Below, in pieces: positions 1-12,440 of a DNA stretch of 64,000 nt. The stretch is from Tubiluchus corallicola (taxonomy: Eukaryota; Animalia; Priapulida). The number at the start of each line of letters is the position of its first letter. The stretch's first letter is position 1. The notes beneath the pieces were generated by a model. That model saw only the letters and a program-made list of their open reading frames with translations, did not search any database and was not told the origin of the DNA. Made by a program: the position numbers and the translations under genes. The stretch spans positions 248,001 through 312,000 of the forward strand of contig JAQGDQ010000079.1 in NCBI GenBank assembly GCA_030141605.1, written 5' to 3'.

Positions 1-91
1 CCGGGTGTATTCGTATAACAGTGAGGCAAGATCGATATCCCAAGAACAATTCACAAAACATTCGGAGGAAAACCGCACGAATTTCCTTATC
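1..91 (-). CDS. SBF2: SBF1/SBF2 (MTMR5/13) coding exon 10, partial (dDENN region); continues off the left edge
   Basis: Acceptor ttttcag| at 92-94; phase 0; translates [30 protein letters not shown], matching the SBF DKEVRAVFLRLF...GYRSCL..IRIH motif. Confidence 0.93.
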
Positions 92-474
92 CTGAAAAAT
101 ATTCAAATTCTTGGAGATGTAGGCTAAAATTAGCAAATGATTTTAGATGAATTTTACACAAAAAACGTAAAAATTAATATTGCTCACAAGAAATAATTAC
201 ATATATTACCAGCAATTCAATTCAATGCAATAAATTTATTTGATTTGTCCCTTTGTCTTACATAATAAAGTATATTACATAATCATTGATTAGGAAATGA
301 AACTAGAGATACGGTGGCAAAAAACCAGAGGTCACCTAAGCAGTCACCCTGATACCACTATCGAAATTTATATTCAATGCCATGTTTTCATGAAATCAAA
401 TGTGCGTGGCTGCAGTATTATCATTTATAGTTGTTTTTCCCTTTTTACATTTCATGTATGTATATATATGTGTG

Positions 475-476
<2 letters not shown>

Positions 477-519
<43 letters not shown>
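477..519. repeat. (TTA)n microsatellite
   Basis: Perfect TTA run in an SBF intron. Confidence 0.95.
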
Positions 520-763
520 GATGTATTTAACATATATATCTTACATAGCAATATCATAGTATTGACAATGTTGTGAAAAGTTTCAAATAATAAACCATAA
601 ACAAAAAGTATTTATTTAAAAAAAAAGAGAAACATGTAAAATGAACCCCGGCCATTAAGTAGTATACAATAAGATAACTAAAGTGAGATATGAGCATAAA
701 CAAGTTGCAGGTTAGGCCTACTTATACAGCTTGCTTCTTGCAATACAGATAAGTGCATTTTAC

Positions 764-841
764 CAGCATTGTAGGGGTTGTGCTTCGTATGGAAGATGAT
801 GAGAATGCATAGTCAGCTACCTGCAGGTCTGGATGTAACAC
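764..841 (-). CDS. SBF2: SBF coding exon 9 (78 nt)
   Basis: tag| acceptor, |gtaaaa donor; phase 0-0; VLHPDLQVADYAFSSSSIRSTTPTML. Confidence 0.92.
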
Positions 842-1063
842 CTAAAAAACAGAAAAAACAGCTTGCTCTGTTATACCAAAGAAGTTTAGTCCAAAGGATC
901 AATGCAAATAATAGAACACAATAAATTACGTAACATACACAAAAATAGTATGGCACAATTAATTGTATCAATTTGGATATAATCGACCACACACATCACA
1001 AAATCTCCGGGAAAAATTTCTGCATTTGCCTAAATACACATATAATCATATTGCAGAACTTAC

Positions 1064-1177
1064 AGTGAACAATGCCGTCAAAGTCCTAGTGTAAATAGGT
1101 TCAGGTATACGAGGTATAGAAACATGTTCAGGTATTAAAACGCTGCCACCATCCAAATCTGCTACGATTACATCCAA
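1064..1177 (-). CDS. SBF2: SBF coding exon 8 (114 nt)
   Basis: cag| acceptor, |gtaagt donor; phase 0-0; [38 protein letters not shown] (DENN DVI.ADLDGG motif). Confidence 0.94.
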
Positions 1178-1899
1178 CTGTAATGTACATTTTCATAAGT
1201 CGAAAGATGTGCTGAGATTTTTAAATCATATAACAAAACTAGGTGATAGCCATAAAGAATCATGCATACTTACTGAAAAAGAAATTAAGCAAAAATTTTT
1301 ATGGTACACAGGGTAAAAATTTTTAAGGTAAAAATTTTTACATAGTTTCTCAAATGATAAAAATGATGTTGAAGAAATGCCAATCTGGGATACAGTCACT
1401 AGTCCCAGAATATTAATTCACTTGACGAATTTATTGCAACTGGTACGTTAACAGCTTTCTAACTAGTTTTACTAACCTAGCTTTTATTCTAATAATCCAA
1501 TTTATACAAATAATATTATATCAAGCATTTCTCACATGTTCTAGATGGATACATATATTTGATGCGTATGACCAGAAACTTCTATCGTGTGGCACAGAAA
1601 AAAGCATGTATGTTCCAACTACAACAATATTAGAAGCGAGTGATCTACAAAGTTGATATTTCACAGCCTTGTATTATAATGTATTGACTTTTGGCTGTGA
1701 AAGTTACAAGATTTATGGTTTTAGTGGTTTTTAAATTTATGGCCAAAAAGCTTATGCATGCTAAAAAATTAAATGCCAGAACAATGTCAGCTAATCATTA
1801 ACTGAAAATCAACTATGTTGAGTGACGTATGAAGCACTAAATACGTGGAGCAAAACAATGAAGGAATATATCTGTTTATATCATGGTCATTACAAGAGA

Positions 1900-2150
1900 A
1901 AATAAAGTACAAATAAAGATGTGTCGCCAAGAAAATATAGGTCTTAATTCTTCAGATTACGGTATCTGGAATTCCCTTAAAGAGAATGACCGCACAGAGC
2001 CATTTAATGCCGAGGAATGAAAGGCAAAAATTCTTGAGTGCCTGGGCCAAATACATCCATAAGAGCGAGAAACTGTGTCAACTGTAAGAGAAAATGCCTT
2101 CGTCTAGGTTGCAATGAAAATAATGGATAATGAGAGCACATGCTGCAGAT
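1900..2150 (+). mobile_element. Degraded Tc1/mariner transposase C-terminal remnant (SPDLNPLDY-type, DD37D/maT-like)
   Basis: From 1940 reads GLNSSDYGIWNSLKEN, resembling DLNPLDYGIW..LK, followed by stop-riddled ..CLRLGCNENNG..EHML. No clear TIRs; boundaries approximate. Confidence 0.55.
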
Positions 2151-2752
2151 TTTAGCAATAATAACACAAAAGTTTTTCCCACATCTTTGGAAAAATCTGA
2201 GAGAATGATTTAAAATTTTTCGTGTTTATACACAAGTGTCTATAACATCACTGTAGCAATGTTCAATTGATTCTGTTTTTTCTTCTTATAGTATCGTGAC
2301 CAAAACTTTGCCACATCTTTTTCTTACAGTGGCAAACTGAAGCAGTGCTTACCATTGAATGGTAAGGCTACTACCTCACTAGTTTAACAATTCAATTCCA
2401 CTGTTAAATAGACAAATGTGCATCATAATTAGTTTTTTATGTGTAACACTATTAGATGAAACTAATACAGGTACAGGGCAAAGCTGAGAGTTTATATAAA
2501 TATTATTACATCATTTTTGAAGCAAACAAAAGCAAACCGGTTTGCATTTTCAAAAAGCAATGAGCAGTTTAGAAGAACTAAAGTTAGCTGGTTGTTTTTT
2601 CAGTAAGTTGTGACAGATATGGCAAAGTGTCCCTTGGTTGTAGGACCACTCTTACAACCCAATTATTCCATCATAATGAAAGTTTACTGTATTTTCAGCT
2701 AATGGAATGGCAGTTTCCAAGTTTATAACTTCAGAAAGTATGCAGCACTTAC

Positions 2753-2861
2753 AAGGTCACTAAATTCAGTCTTTAGCGAGGTATGTATTCCCATTATGAA
2801 GGGTGTAGGTGTGTTGAGAACTTCTAACAATGCTGCAGGTAAGAGTGGTATGTACACGTAG
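2753..2861 (-). CDS. SBF2: SBF coding exon 7 (109 nt)
   Basis: cag| acceptor, |gtaagt donor; phase 2-0; SYVYIPLLPAALLEVLNTPTPFIMGIHTSLKTEFSDL (core DENN YIP.LP...P.PFI.G motif). Confidence 0.95.
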
Positions 2862-3538
2862 CTGAAACAGAATCAATATTTATAGTAGTAAACACGAGGC
2901 AGACGAAGAGAAAGTCAAAGTGTGTGAAGAAGTATGTTTATCCTTTAAGTCAGCATTTGTTAACCAGCTTAGCTACAGCTAAGAATATATGTTGAGAAAC
3001 TCTAGCTGAAGCCTCAATAATTAAAAACACTGTAAAACCAGAATTTCATAACTTTATGCATTTTTATCTGAAATAATATCAAAAAATAATATAGACCAAC
3101 ATTCCAGATACTCAGAAATTACATTAGAAATGACAGTGACACCTTCAGTGAAAAATTTGAACTTTATTGTAAGAGTAGCTATGATCGGCAGTATAATATT
3201 GACTAGCATGACAAAGTAATACAGCTGGACCTTTGGGAACACAACTACACGTTGATATAACATAAGTTCTGCCAGTCCAAGAAAAAGGAAGTATAAAAGA
3301 GAGAGAGACAGAGAGAAAAGGGTGCCCACAAACTTAAGACATTTTCAAGGAACTTTCATCATTTGCCACTATTTAACAAATTAATAGGAACAAAACTCAA
3401 AATATTTCATACAGCCCGGAAAGATGAACGTTTTGTTAACAAAGATGTCACTAATAAAATAATAATACTAGTAAATAATTGGCTTTCAAACAACAAGTAC
3501 ATGTACATAAAATGATAGCCTAAATTTTAAACTTTTAC

Positions 3539-3671
3539 CTATATTTTAGCGGATATATTAGTGACGTCAAAGCATGGCCAGCATCGGTAAGACGAGAGTA
3601 ACTTTCCGAAAGAAAAAGCACTTTGAAATCAGACAGAACAGCAGAAAATATCGACAACGTATTGTGGATCC
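3539..3671 (-). CDS. SBF2: SBF coding exon 6 (133 nt)
   Basis: cag| acceptor, |gtaaaa donor; phase 1-2; [44 protein letters not shown]. Confidence 0.94.
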
Positions 3672-4201
3672 CTGTAAATAAAATGTATCACAACCATTAA
3701 TCAACAACAAAAATTAAACCACCTATAGAAAATCAGCAAAAACAAACCAACCAATAAAGAAAGAAGCACTAAATGACGAATTTCTGAAAATAATTCTTAC
3801 GATAACTACATTTAAAGTTTCTTTACAAATAAACAGTAAACAATTTCTTTGTACAGTTCTAGTTTATTTAATCATCTCATACACATACCTACATTTCTAC
3901 TGAACAATTTTTTATTTTGAATCAACTATTGTTGCACATTTGGTACTCTTATTATTTACACAGTTGAACTTGTCTAAGTACCATTTCTTGTATTTAAGCA
4001 AAAAAGAAGATACGTTGATAAAAATGTTTTAAATAGGCATTATCCTGTTGCTATCTGGCATTTAGCTTACACGTAATAGTAAATATTATTGTAAGTGTAC
4101 TTATCTCCGACAGCAACACATTTAAAATACAGTTAAAACGAAAATAATATAAGCAAAGTGCAAATTCTAAGTTAAACTATACATATCCAAATTATCTTTA
4201 C

Positions 4202-4318
4202 CCATTTGTTGAAAAAACATGTAGGTAGAAGTATGGCTCACAGGAAGGCTACCAGATAGTGGTGGTTGTAATGCCTGCCTGTCACCAGCTCCAATGCTGA
4301 ATCTCACTTGAGGACCAC
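4202..4318 (-). CDS. SBF2: SBF coding exon 5 (117 nt)
   Basis: cag| acceptor, |gtaaag donor; phase 1-1; GGPQVRFSIGAGDRQALQPPLSGSLPVSHTSTYMFFQQM (SBF FS.GAGDRQ motif). Confidence 0.94.
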
Positions 4319-4722
4319 CTGCAAGTAAAACTTAAGTGTTTTCATGCATGGGTCATCAAAAATTATCAACTTGGCAATCATATAATCACCAAAAATGCAC
4401 CAGCTATTTTTCTAAGCAGCAGCCAAAAGACTGCACTTATTAGATATATGTAGCCAAAACTGAATACTTAATCAGCTGCGGTCAGTAACAATAAATTACG
4501 CAAGTCACAATATTAGTCACAAGCTCTTAGAGTAGGTAGTATATGTAACTCTTTTAAGTTTCAACCCTCATGAGGTTTCCATTAAATTTTTTTAACACGT
4601 CATAAGTCGACAGACTCGTGACATACAACTACAATGACCAACAGGATCTTTACAATATAACTTGGAAATTTTATTTAAATTTTAAAAATTCACATAAACA
4701 TAGATGTCCGAAATTTGCTTAC

Positions 4723-4825
4723 CTGGTGGCGGCACTTGAATACATCCTAAAATGTTGCCGACCAGAATTTCAATCTGTATAGGCATATTTTCTATGTATA
4801 CAGTATAGATGATACCTAGACAATT
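4723..4825 (-). CDS. SBF2: SBF coding exon 4 (103 nt)
   Basis: cag| acceptor, |gtaagc donor; phase 0-1; NCLGIIYTVYIENMPIQIEILVGNILGCIQVPPP. Confidence 0.94.
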
Positions 4826-7800
4826 CTGCAATAAATGAAAAAAAAAAACATTTTTTAATCTGAAAGTTTTACAAAAAATGGATCACATCAGTCACATCAA
4901 ACAAAAGCATAAAACTGGCTTTTTAAAAGACAAAAAATCTACAGCTACATGTTACACAACACAATGCAAGAATGTATCAAGGTTTTCAATTTAGTAATGC
5001 TTGTAATATGTAAATAATTCAGTTCAAAGAATTTGCACAGTCTGCAGTTAACATGCTGTTACATATAGTTAATAGCTGTTTAGACTTCTTGAATGCAATT
5101 TTTTTGAAAGTAAAACAATAAATATGCATAGTATTTCATCAGCTCCACCGTAACTATGCAGAGAATTCAAAATATGGCATCATAGCCACACTACCAGCAG
5201 AGTTCACAAACCATGACCAAGCAGAATACAAATTGCCAGTGTGAATGAAGCCAGACATCAGCCAATTCTAGGCTACTGGCACCAATATTTATTTCTCTGC
5301 ATAGCTTAATGCAGCTCGCTTAGTTTGGATAGAGCATTTCACAGTTGCTACTTAAGACATCAAACAAGAATCTGATCTTATACAGTAGAGCTGCTACAAT
5401 ATATCAGCTTCTTTTGCAGCACTGCAGGAGAAAACGAAAACAAAGTCAACACCCTGAAATTAAGACTGACAGAAAAATACTCCTTTAGCACAAGGACGAA
5501 TCAAGATTTGAACAATACTGAGGCAGCGAACTCTTGTGATACACCAACCATGTGCTAGTTACTACTATTATTGTACTGAACTATGATTGACTCAGTAGAA
5601 ATATGCACGACAAGGGGTAGGGCCTAAGTGCAAGATGTTTTTTGCAAAAAAGGCAATTTTTTAATATACATGGTAACATACAAACTTAATCCAAAGCAAA
5701 AGATAGCTTTGGCTATGACAAATGCCTATCACACTATTCTTGTATAACTGCAACAATTGTGGAGAGCCAGGGAGTTCAGGATGGTAGGTATTGAGGTCAT
5801 TGAGCCAAATCCGATGTAAATAAAATCAAATGTCACCACACAAATGGGTGCCAGATGACCCCTATGAACCACCCCATAACCGAAAAACTGCATGAACTTA
5901 GTATTACATTACATCGCCAGGTCCAAAAAATGCTAACCGTGCTATGTTTGTCATTGAAGGGTTAGCATTTTATTGAACCAGCCTTGTTTTAATTGGAGCA
6001 ATATTCCTAAAACAGCACAAAAATTGATTTAAACCAAAAAACACACGCGGTAAGATTCACTTAGATCTAAACATATTCCATCTCACTTAAAATTTAATGG
6101 TTTTGTGTAACCACAAAGCCATCCATTAAATATCCTACTGTGAAAATGACAGTTTTTGCTGGCATCTAAAATGACCTCTAAAATGGCTTCTGTATTATGA
6201 AAACGAGCCTAGATAGAGCACTGAGTGTAGAGCTTACCATTACATTATTTAGTAGTTTCTTTAAAGTCTTCGGATAGAGTAAGGCAATTCAAGCATACAA
6301 GCCCAAAACAAGCCATCATGCATTCTAGCTATGGGCCTAGTCACTACTCTATGTTTAACAGAGCAGAGCTGTTTCTGTGATATACAAAAAACACATCTTA
6401 CAGATATTTACAAACAAACACATGCAAAATGTGCCTTCATAACTGATTTGGGAAGCCCTGCACTTTTGAATGTATTTTCTTAAAGACTTTCCCAAGGTCC
6501 ACAAAGCATTGTACTCAATATCTCATTTAACTGACGAAACTATAAAAATGAGTACATTTGTTAAATATCAGTTAAAAATTGGCAACAACCTGTTTACACA
6601 AGCAAACATTTTATTTCATATGAACATATTTTGATAAAATAATTTTATTAACACAGAAATCACAATCACGTTTTAATGCAGAAAGCTAAAGTTAGTATTG
6701 CCAGATGCTGAATAAAAAAATCAGGGACAAATCAGCTAGGGGGTGCTCTGTTGTAAACTCCCAGAGCCCAGTGGGGTACTCTTTGCATTTGACAAGATTT
6801 AATTACGCAGATTAAGTTAGACATGTGTAAGATTGAAAGTAAGTGGTTAATGATAATTTAATATCATTTGTGCTGGTAAATGTCTCACCAAAACATACTA
6901 CAAGGCAAGCAAACAGCGAATAATGAAAGTGATATATGATACGACCATGGTTTATGACATAAACATCCACTAGCAAGAAAACAACAAGCTAGAAAACGTA
7001 TTTTTAATTATATTACACAATTTTTATTTAAGAAAACATTTCCGAGCAAACCAGGGCAAATATCAGAAACAATTTACAAAGAACTAGGACAACAGGCTGA
7101 AGAAAGGACAACCTTAAAAAAGCAACCGTAATTTAAGTTGTAACACGTATGCAAGTCAAATCAGGAAACAAACTGATAGGATCGCCTACAAATGGTAAAT
7201 ATCATTAGCTTTTAGCAGCTCACGACCAATGTTTGTTTATAATTGTCCTGCAGCTGATGTGGATCACTCGCTTGTAATTAAAAGCTGCACAAGAAGCAAT
7301 TATGAAATATGAGCTAGAAAAGTGTGGAGGAAAACAAAGCATTAGTTAAGCAAATTCTCATTCCAGCCCTTTGCAGTTGATGATCGAAACTGTTCATTGT
7401 AAGTGCATACACAAACAAGTCTGATGATAATACACTATAAATGCACGATGAGTTTCCCTTAAAAGTAGCACTGCTATTGATTTAAAATACAGTAATCAAA
7501 TAAAATACTCAATTTTGTGGGAAGTACACATAATAATGTTTTAATAACAACTGTTCAAAGGAAGTTCAATGTGAATTTATAATAGGCTATAATCAAGCTT
7601 GTTAAATGCACTTGCAATGAAATGCTTTGTGAACTGAAAAAATCGGCTGATCGAATTGAAAGATTAAATTAACTCTAAAAATTTTCTTCTATTAAGGTAA
7701 ATGATTAAATGAAGAAAATTAAATCATGTTGATGTATAGCTGGAAACCCACCAAAAGGAATGAAGCAAAAAAGTTAACACAACCTTCAAGTTGACTTTGA

Positions 7801-9136
7801 GATCAGTTTGATAACTTCTTTCTAGTGTATTTGCATGCAGTGCGGATAGGTGGTTTGGCCTTGACGAGTCTGGGTTGTTTTGATATCAGATCAAGTTTTT
7901 GATGAAGTTATCACTGAAACCATTAGTTAACTATCCTACAGTCTTTTTGTCATATGATTTATTTGAATGAATTAAATATATTTCTGAATATATAATATGC
8001 TGATGAATAAATATTTAAACCGCAAGATGACAAACTGATATTTTCAATTTTTAAAAACAAATTTGGCAAAAAATGTGAAGAAAGATTTGATTTGATTTTG
8101 ACTTAGATTTGATTCAGTTTTGTTTGAGTATTTAGGGATGCCAACACTTCCTATTTTGTTGTAGTCAAAAACTTGTTTAGAACATGAGTTTATTCTTTTA
8201 AGTAACTTTTGTTTTCTTACCCAACTGCTAAGCAATGCAGAATCCTCAAACAGTAACCTTTGCAAGTTTGTGCATGCGTGTACGTATGTGTGTTTTTGAC
8301 GGCTAAATCAAGAACCCTGACTAGCTAGCAGCAATAAAAACACAGGCGTACAACGATAAAATTGACCTGTATCCAATGCTAGTAGCACTGAGCAAAGCTG
8401 GGAATGTTTACATTCAAGAGCAGCATAGACACATGTGGGTGAAACATGGCTTCAATATGTAAGCCGGTAAAGGCACTGACCTGATCTAACTGGGTGCAGT
8501 ACAAACAGCATAAATCCACATATGGATTATTAGACTACATCATCTGGACTCAGATATCTGCTTATCTGTCTACACACATACAGCAGTGGATTCAATAAGA
8601 CATGGCAAAGTTAAAAAGTGTGCCGCATGCTCCTACGTATAATTTAAAGCAAATGATGATTAGTAAACGTTATGAAGGAATTTCTTAAACTTAATTCGAA
8701 TACTTGGGCATAACAAAAGTTGAAAATATATAACTCTGACAGCATTTATTATGTAATGGGTAACTATAGAATTAACGGTTCTGTCTGTCCTTATGTCCAT
8801 CTACTGCCAGTTTTTCTCGTTTATTTTTTATAATCAGCCTTACATGTTCTTAAACAAAGGAAAAAACTTTATGTAGGCCTTGCAAATAATTTAAAAAAAA
8901 TCTAACTAGACCGACCTGATTGGAAACAATCAAGACTGTACATTACTTCCAAAGTGGATGTGTTGTTTTTAAGACTTTTTCTGTTAAACCACACAATATT
9001 TTTACAGCATTTAAAGGCTTTTGTTCAGAAATCCTTTAGAAAATATTGGCACCCAAAAAAAGAAAGAATTTAAAAACTTTTGGAAAAGCCTGAATGAAAA
9101 TTCGTACAAAATCTGGTTCTGACGTATAAAATACGG

Positions 9137-9247
<111 letters not shown>

Positions 9248-9964
9248 GCTTTTAAGCTTTTAAACACAAGTGTGTATACACTAATGATAACAGTTTTTAA
9301 CTTTTTAAGCAATGAGCTAATAAAAAGAAGCTAACAGACTTCTTTGTCAGTAAAGAATTATAAAGAGACAAGTTTCGCTAGTTTTTCCAGAACGTTATCA
9401 GGTATTGATTCACAGCATAAAAATGTGCCATATATTGGCGCCACTTCCTTACTTTTTAACTGTCAGGAGGTCAAATTTCCCTATATTGCTTAGGATCCGG
9501 ATCTATATAACTAAGAAATTACAGATAGGGCTGACGCTGTCTGCAGAACTCTCACTGAAGAGATCACAAAGTTTTGCTACATTCACAACTATCTTGTGAG
9601 TGTTTTATAACTGCAACTGATGCATTCTGATCGGTTTGAAACCAGACAGACACCATTCAACCGTGTTGCAAACACCGAAATCTAACTGCCGAAAACTGCA
9701 ACGGCATGTTTACGATTGGTGGTAATAGCTTGAGAAAGAACAGCTGTGGGTTTAGCTAAAACAGCAGTCAGCGCAGAGAACAAGAAGCTCAGTCACAAGG
9801 AAAATGGCACACCTCTAAAAATCATCGCTTAATGCACGGTGGCTTTATTACAAGAGAGATAGCCTAGAAAAGCATTCTAACAGCAGCAGATACTTGCTTA
9901 TGTAGCCTAAGGCAACACATCCAACAGTTTTCATATATCAGCTCACGCCCCCTTCTTACACACA

Positions 9965-9966
<2 letters not shown>

Positions 9967-10033
<67 letters not shown>

Positions 10034-10055
10034 TCTCTCCCTCTCCCTCTCTCTC

Positions 10056-10127
<72 letters not shown>

Positions 10128-10128
10128 T

Positions 10129-10187
<59 letters not shown>
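9967..10187. repeat. (CT)n/(GA)n microsatellite with interruptions
   Basis: About 220-bp CT run beginning about 75 bp downstream of the SBF exon 3 donor on the minus strand; source of the poly-ER ORFs. Confidence 0.97.
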
Positions 10188-10188
<1 letters not shown>

Positions 10189-10262
10189 ACAGCTCTCGTC
10201 ATCCTGGTATGTTTCCAAAATACATAATCAAAAAGTAAAAAACATGGTTCATCCAAACTTAC

Positions 10263-10520
10263 CCTAAAAGTTTCAAAATAATTAAGCCGTGACACAAGCA
10301 CAAGACACTTGGGTGCAAACATAAAAGCACCATGGACAATGCCTCCATCGTCACGGTCATCATCACCATCATCTGGCTTGGTAGTAGGCAAGGAAACAGG
10401 TTCCGTAAAGGTGAGGCAAGCACAGTAATGACGGTCTGCATCGATGTCTGTCAGAACCGAGACAAAGAATTTTGGTGGTTGGCGTTGCGTGGATAAACAC
10501 CATCCTGCAGGCTGACAAAA
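10263..10520 (-). CDS. SBF2: SBF coding exon 3 (258 nt, uDENN)
   Basis: aag| acceptor, AGG|gtaagt donor; phase 0-0; [41 protein letters not shown]...[20 protein letters not shown]. Confidence 0.95.
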
Positions 10521-10966
10521 CTTTAAAGAAAAATACAATCACAAATTTATCAATTAACATTAAATGTTGTAAACTTTGTAAAAATTATCGTTAAGCTTCT
10601 ACTTGAATTAGTACAAAAATCAAACTCAATCATAAAAAAAAATCAGACTACTGAAATTGAACTAGTGTCATTTTTCATGTGCTGTAAATGTTCCATGTCC
10701 TCTTAATTAACTCAAGGCAGGGCAGAAAAAGTTTCGTTTATTTAATTTTTGTTATTTTCTTACAGCTGGAACTAATCATCTCTAATAAAACTAAGTTTAA
10801 TTGTTACAAGGTAAATAACCAACCACCATCACAATAATAATAATAAATGTAAGCTATAATTAAGCAACAAAAATGTAGGTTAAAAGACTGTAACACGGAA
10901 AAAACAAGTGAATTTTTATTTTTCTAGACTTCTGATTTTGGTAAATCTATTCAAAAGTAAGCCTAC

Positions 10967-11052
10967 CAGTTCAATTCCTTGATTAAATGGAGTATCTTCC
11001 CAGTCTTTTGCTGGAAAACGCTGTATGATTTTGCCACAACTGATGCCACTTC
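10967..11052 (-). CDS. SBF2: SBF coding exon 2 (86 nt)
   Basis: cag| acceptor, |gtaggc donor; phase 1-0; [29 protein letters not shown]. Confidence 0.95.
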
Positions 11053-11979
11053 CTGCAAAATAGTAAACTGCAATCAAACCTTTAAGTAATTCCAATTCTT
11101 AGCATTTTTAAAATAACAAATCCATAAAAATGGTTTCTTACTTTGTCTTTTACACATAATATGTATACAGTGGCGGGTAGCATAAAAAACGCTTGCAGTG
11201 CTTCACAGCTGGCCTAGGCCCCGCAAAGTGCTAATCAACACCCGAAGGCTCTGTCAACATGTAGAAACATTTCTTGTGTCAAATTCTTTCAACCTGGTGA
11301 TTCAAATCATTTGAGAATCCAGATATTGAAAGCTGGCAACAGAAATTAAGAAATCGAAGAACTTTGCCAATCAGCAGTCATGGAAGACCTTTATCTTGAA
11401 GATTTACTCATAAAAATGTTGAATCAACAGTTAAGCTGGTTGTTACATTTGAAAGCTGGTATACAATGTAATAAATCAAATTGAATTGACAGAAGGGGGA
11501 GCATATTTGTGAACATGAGATTGTACTCTTAAGACTTAATTGCACAATGAATGCAATGAATGGATATGGCCAAACAGCAAAGCTCATGAAATGCTTTAAA
11601 TTTTTGGTTTATCTTACTTGGGATGAAAGAAAGACATGGTTCAGGATCTTACTGCTACTGACTGTGCTAAAAAAACTGACCCATTTTTGCCCCAGATATG
11701 CAGACAGAATGTGTTAAGTCAACATAACTGGCATCTGTTTTGCAGCAGCAACGTTGGAAACAATGTAACAAGATTAATGGTTATTCCGAGAAATAACTTT
11801 TAATATTAGACCTAGTTCTTCATTGAAAGAGTTGTTAAAACTAAAAAAATTCCAATGAACAAAACTTAAACCTTAATGACATGCTCACAATTTTCAAAAA
11901 GACAAGTTCTGGTTTACATACATGAATTACAAAAAATAAAGGTACTACTAGTAGCACTTAATTTATTAAATAATATAAT

Positions 11980-12440
11980 GGATTTAGTGTTTGGTGCAGT
12001 ACCAACCTAACATAATTTTATGGTGAAACTTTTATTAAGGATTGAATGGTAGAGAAATTTAGGGCTGGTACATAATCTTTTGCTCTCCCAAAAAAAAAGG
12101 AATCTTGAGTGGCATGATCAAAGCAAGTGAATTGAACATTTTGGGATTACTATTTTTTGATCAAGCTGAATGGCATAGAAATTGGTCGACCCTCAGTTCT
12201 GTTTAATGCATTGTTGAAAGGCAAACTGAGAGGCTAAAACGATCCAAAAAGTGCCACCTAATGTTTGTCATTAGATGTGATATGTGTTAGAGAATCTTAA
12301 GTTCTTGAGTTGCTCCGGTGATACTCCTATTTGTTTTCGTAACACCCTAGTAAAAGGTTATGCACTTTCCTGTGCTTTTAAGGTGTAGCAGCCAAAAGTA
12401 ACTCTTAGAAGTTGAGTAAACTCCTCTCCGGGCATTTTAA
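11980..12440 (+). mobile_element. Possible highly degraded LINE (I/Nimb-like) reverse-transcriptase remnant
   Basis: Patchy translated motifs (..NILGLLFFDQAEWH.., ..EVE*TPL) resemble LG..FD..L.W..HI and E....PL of I-clade RTs; many stops and frameshifts. Confidence 0.3.

Noticed and set aside
297-521. 74-aa ORF ending in poly-Leu, and the similar ORFs at 9011-9312 and 49026-49250
   Set aside because: Products of triplet microsatellites in introns.
9400-9850. Possible LINE RT remnant (HILAPLPYF...)
   Set aside because: Too degenerate to support by eye; needs a translated search.
9864-10538. 224-aa ORF as a DENN protein with a poly-ER tail
   Set aside because: Only 10263-10520 is exonic; the rest is read-through past a canonical donor into a (GA)n microsatellite.
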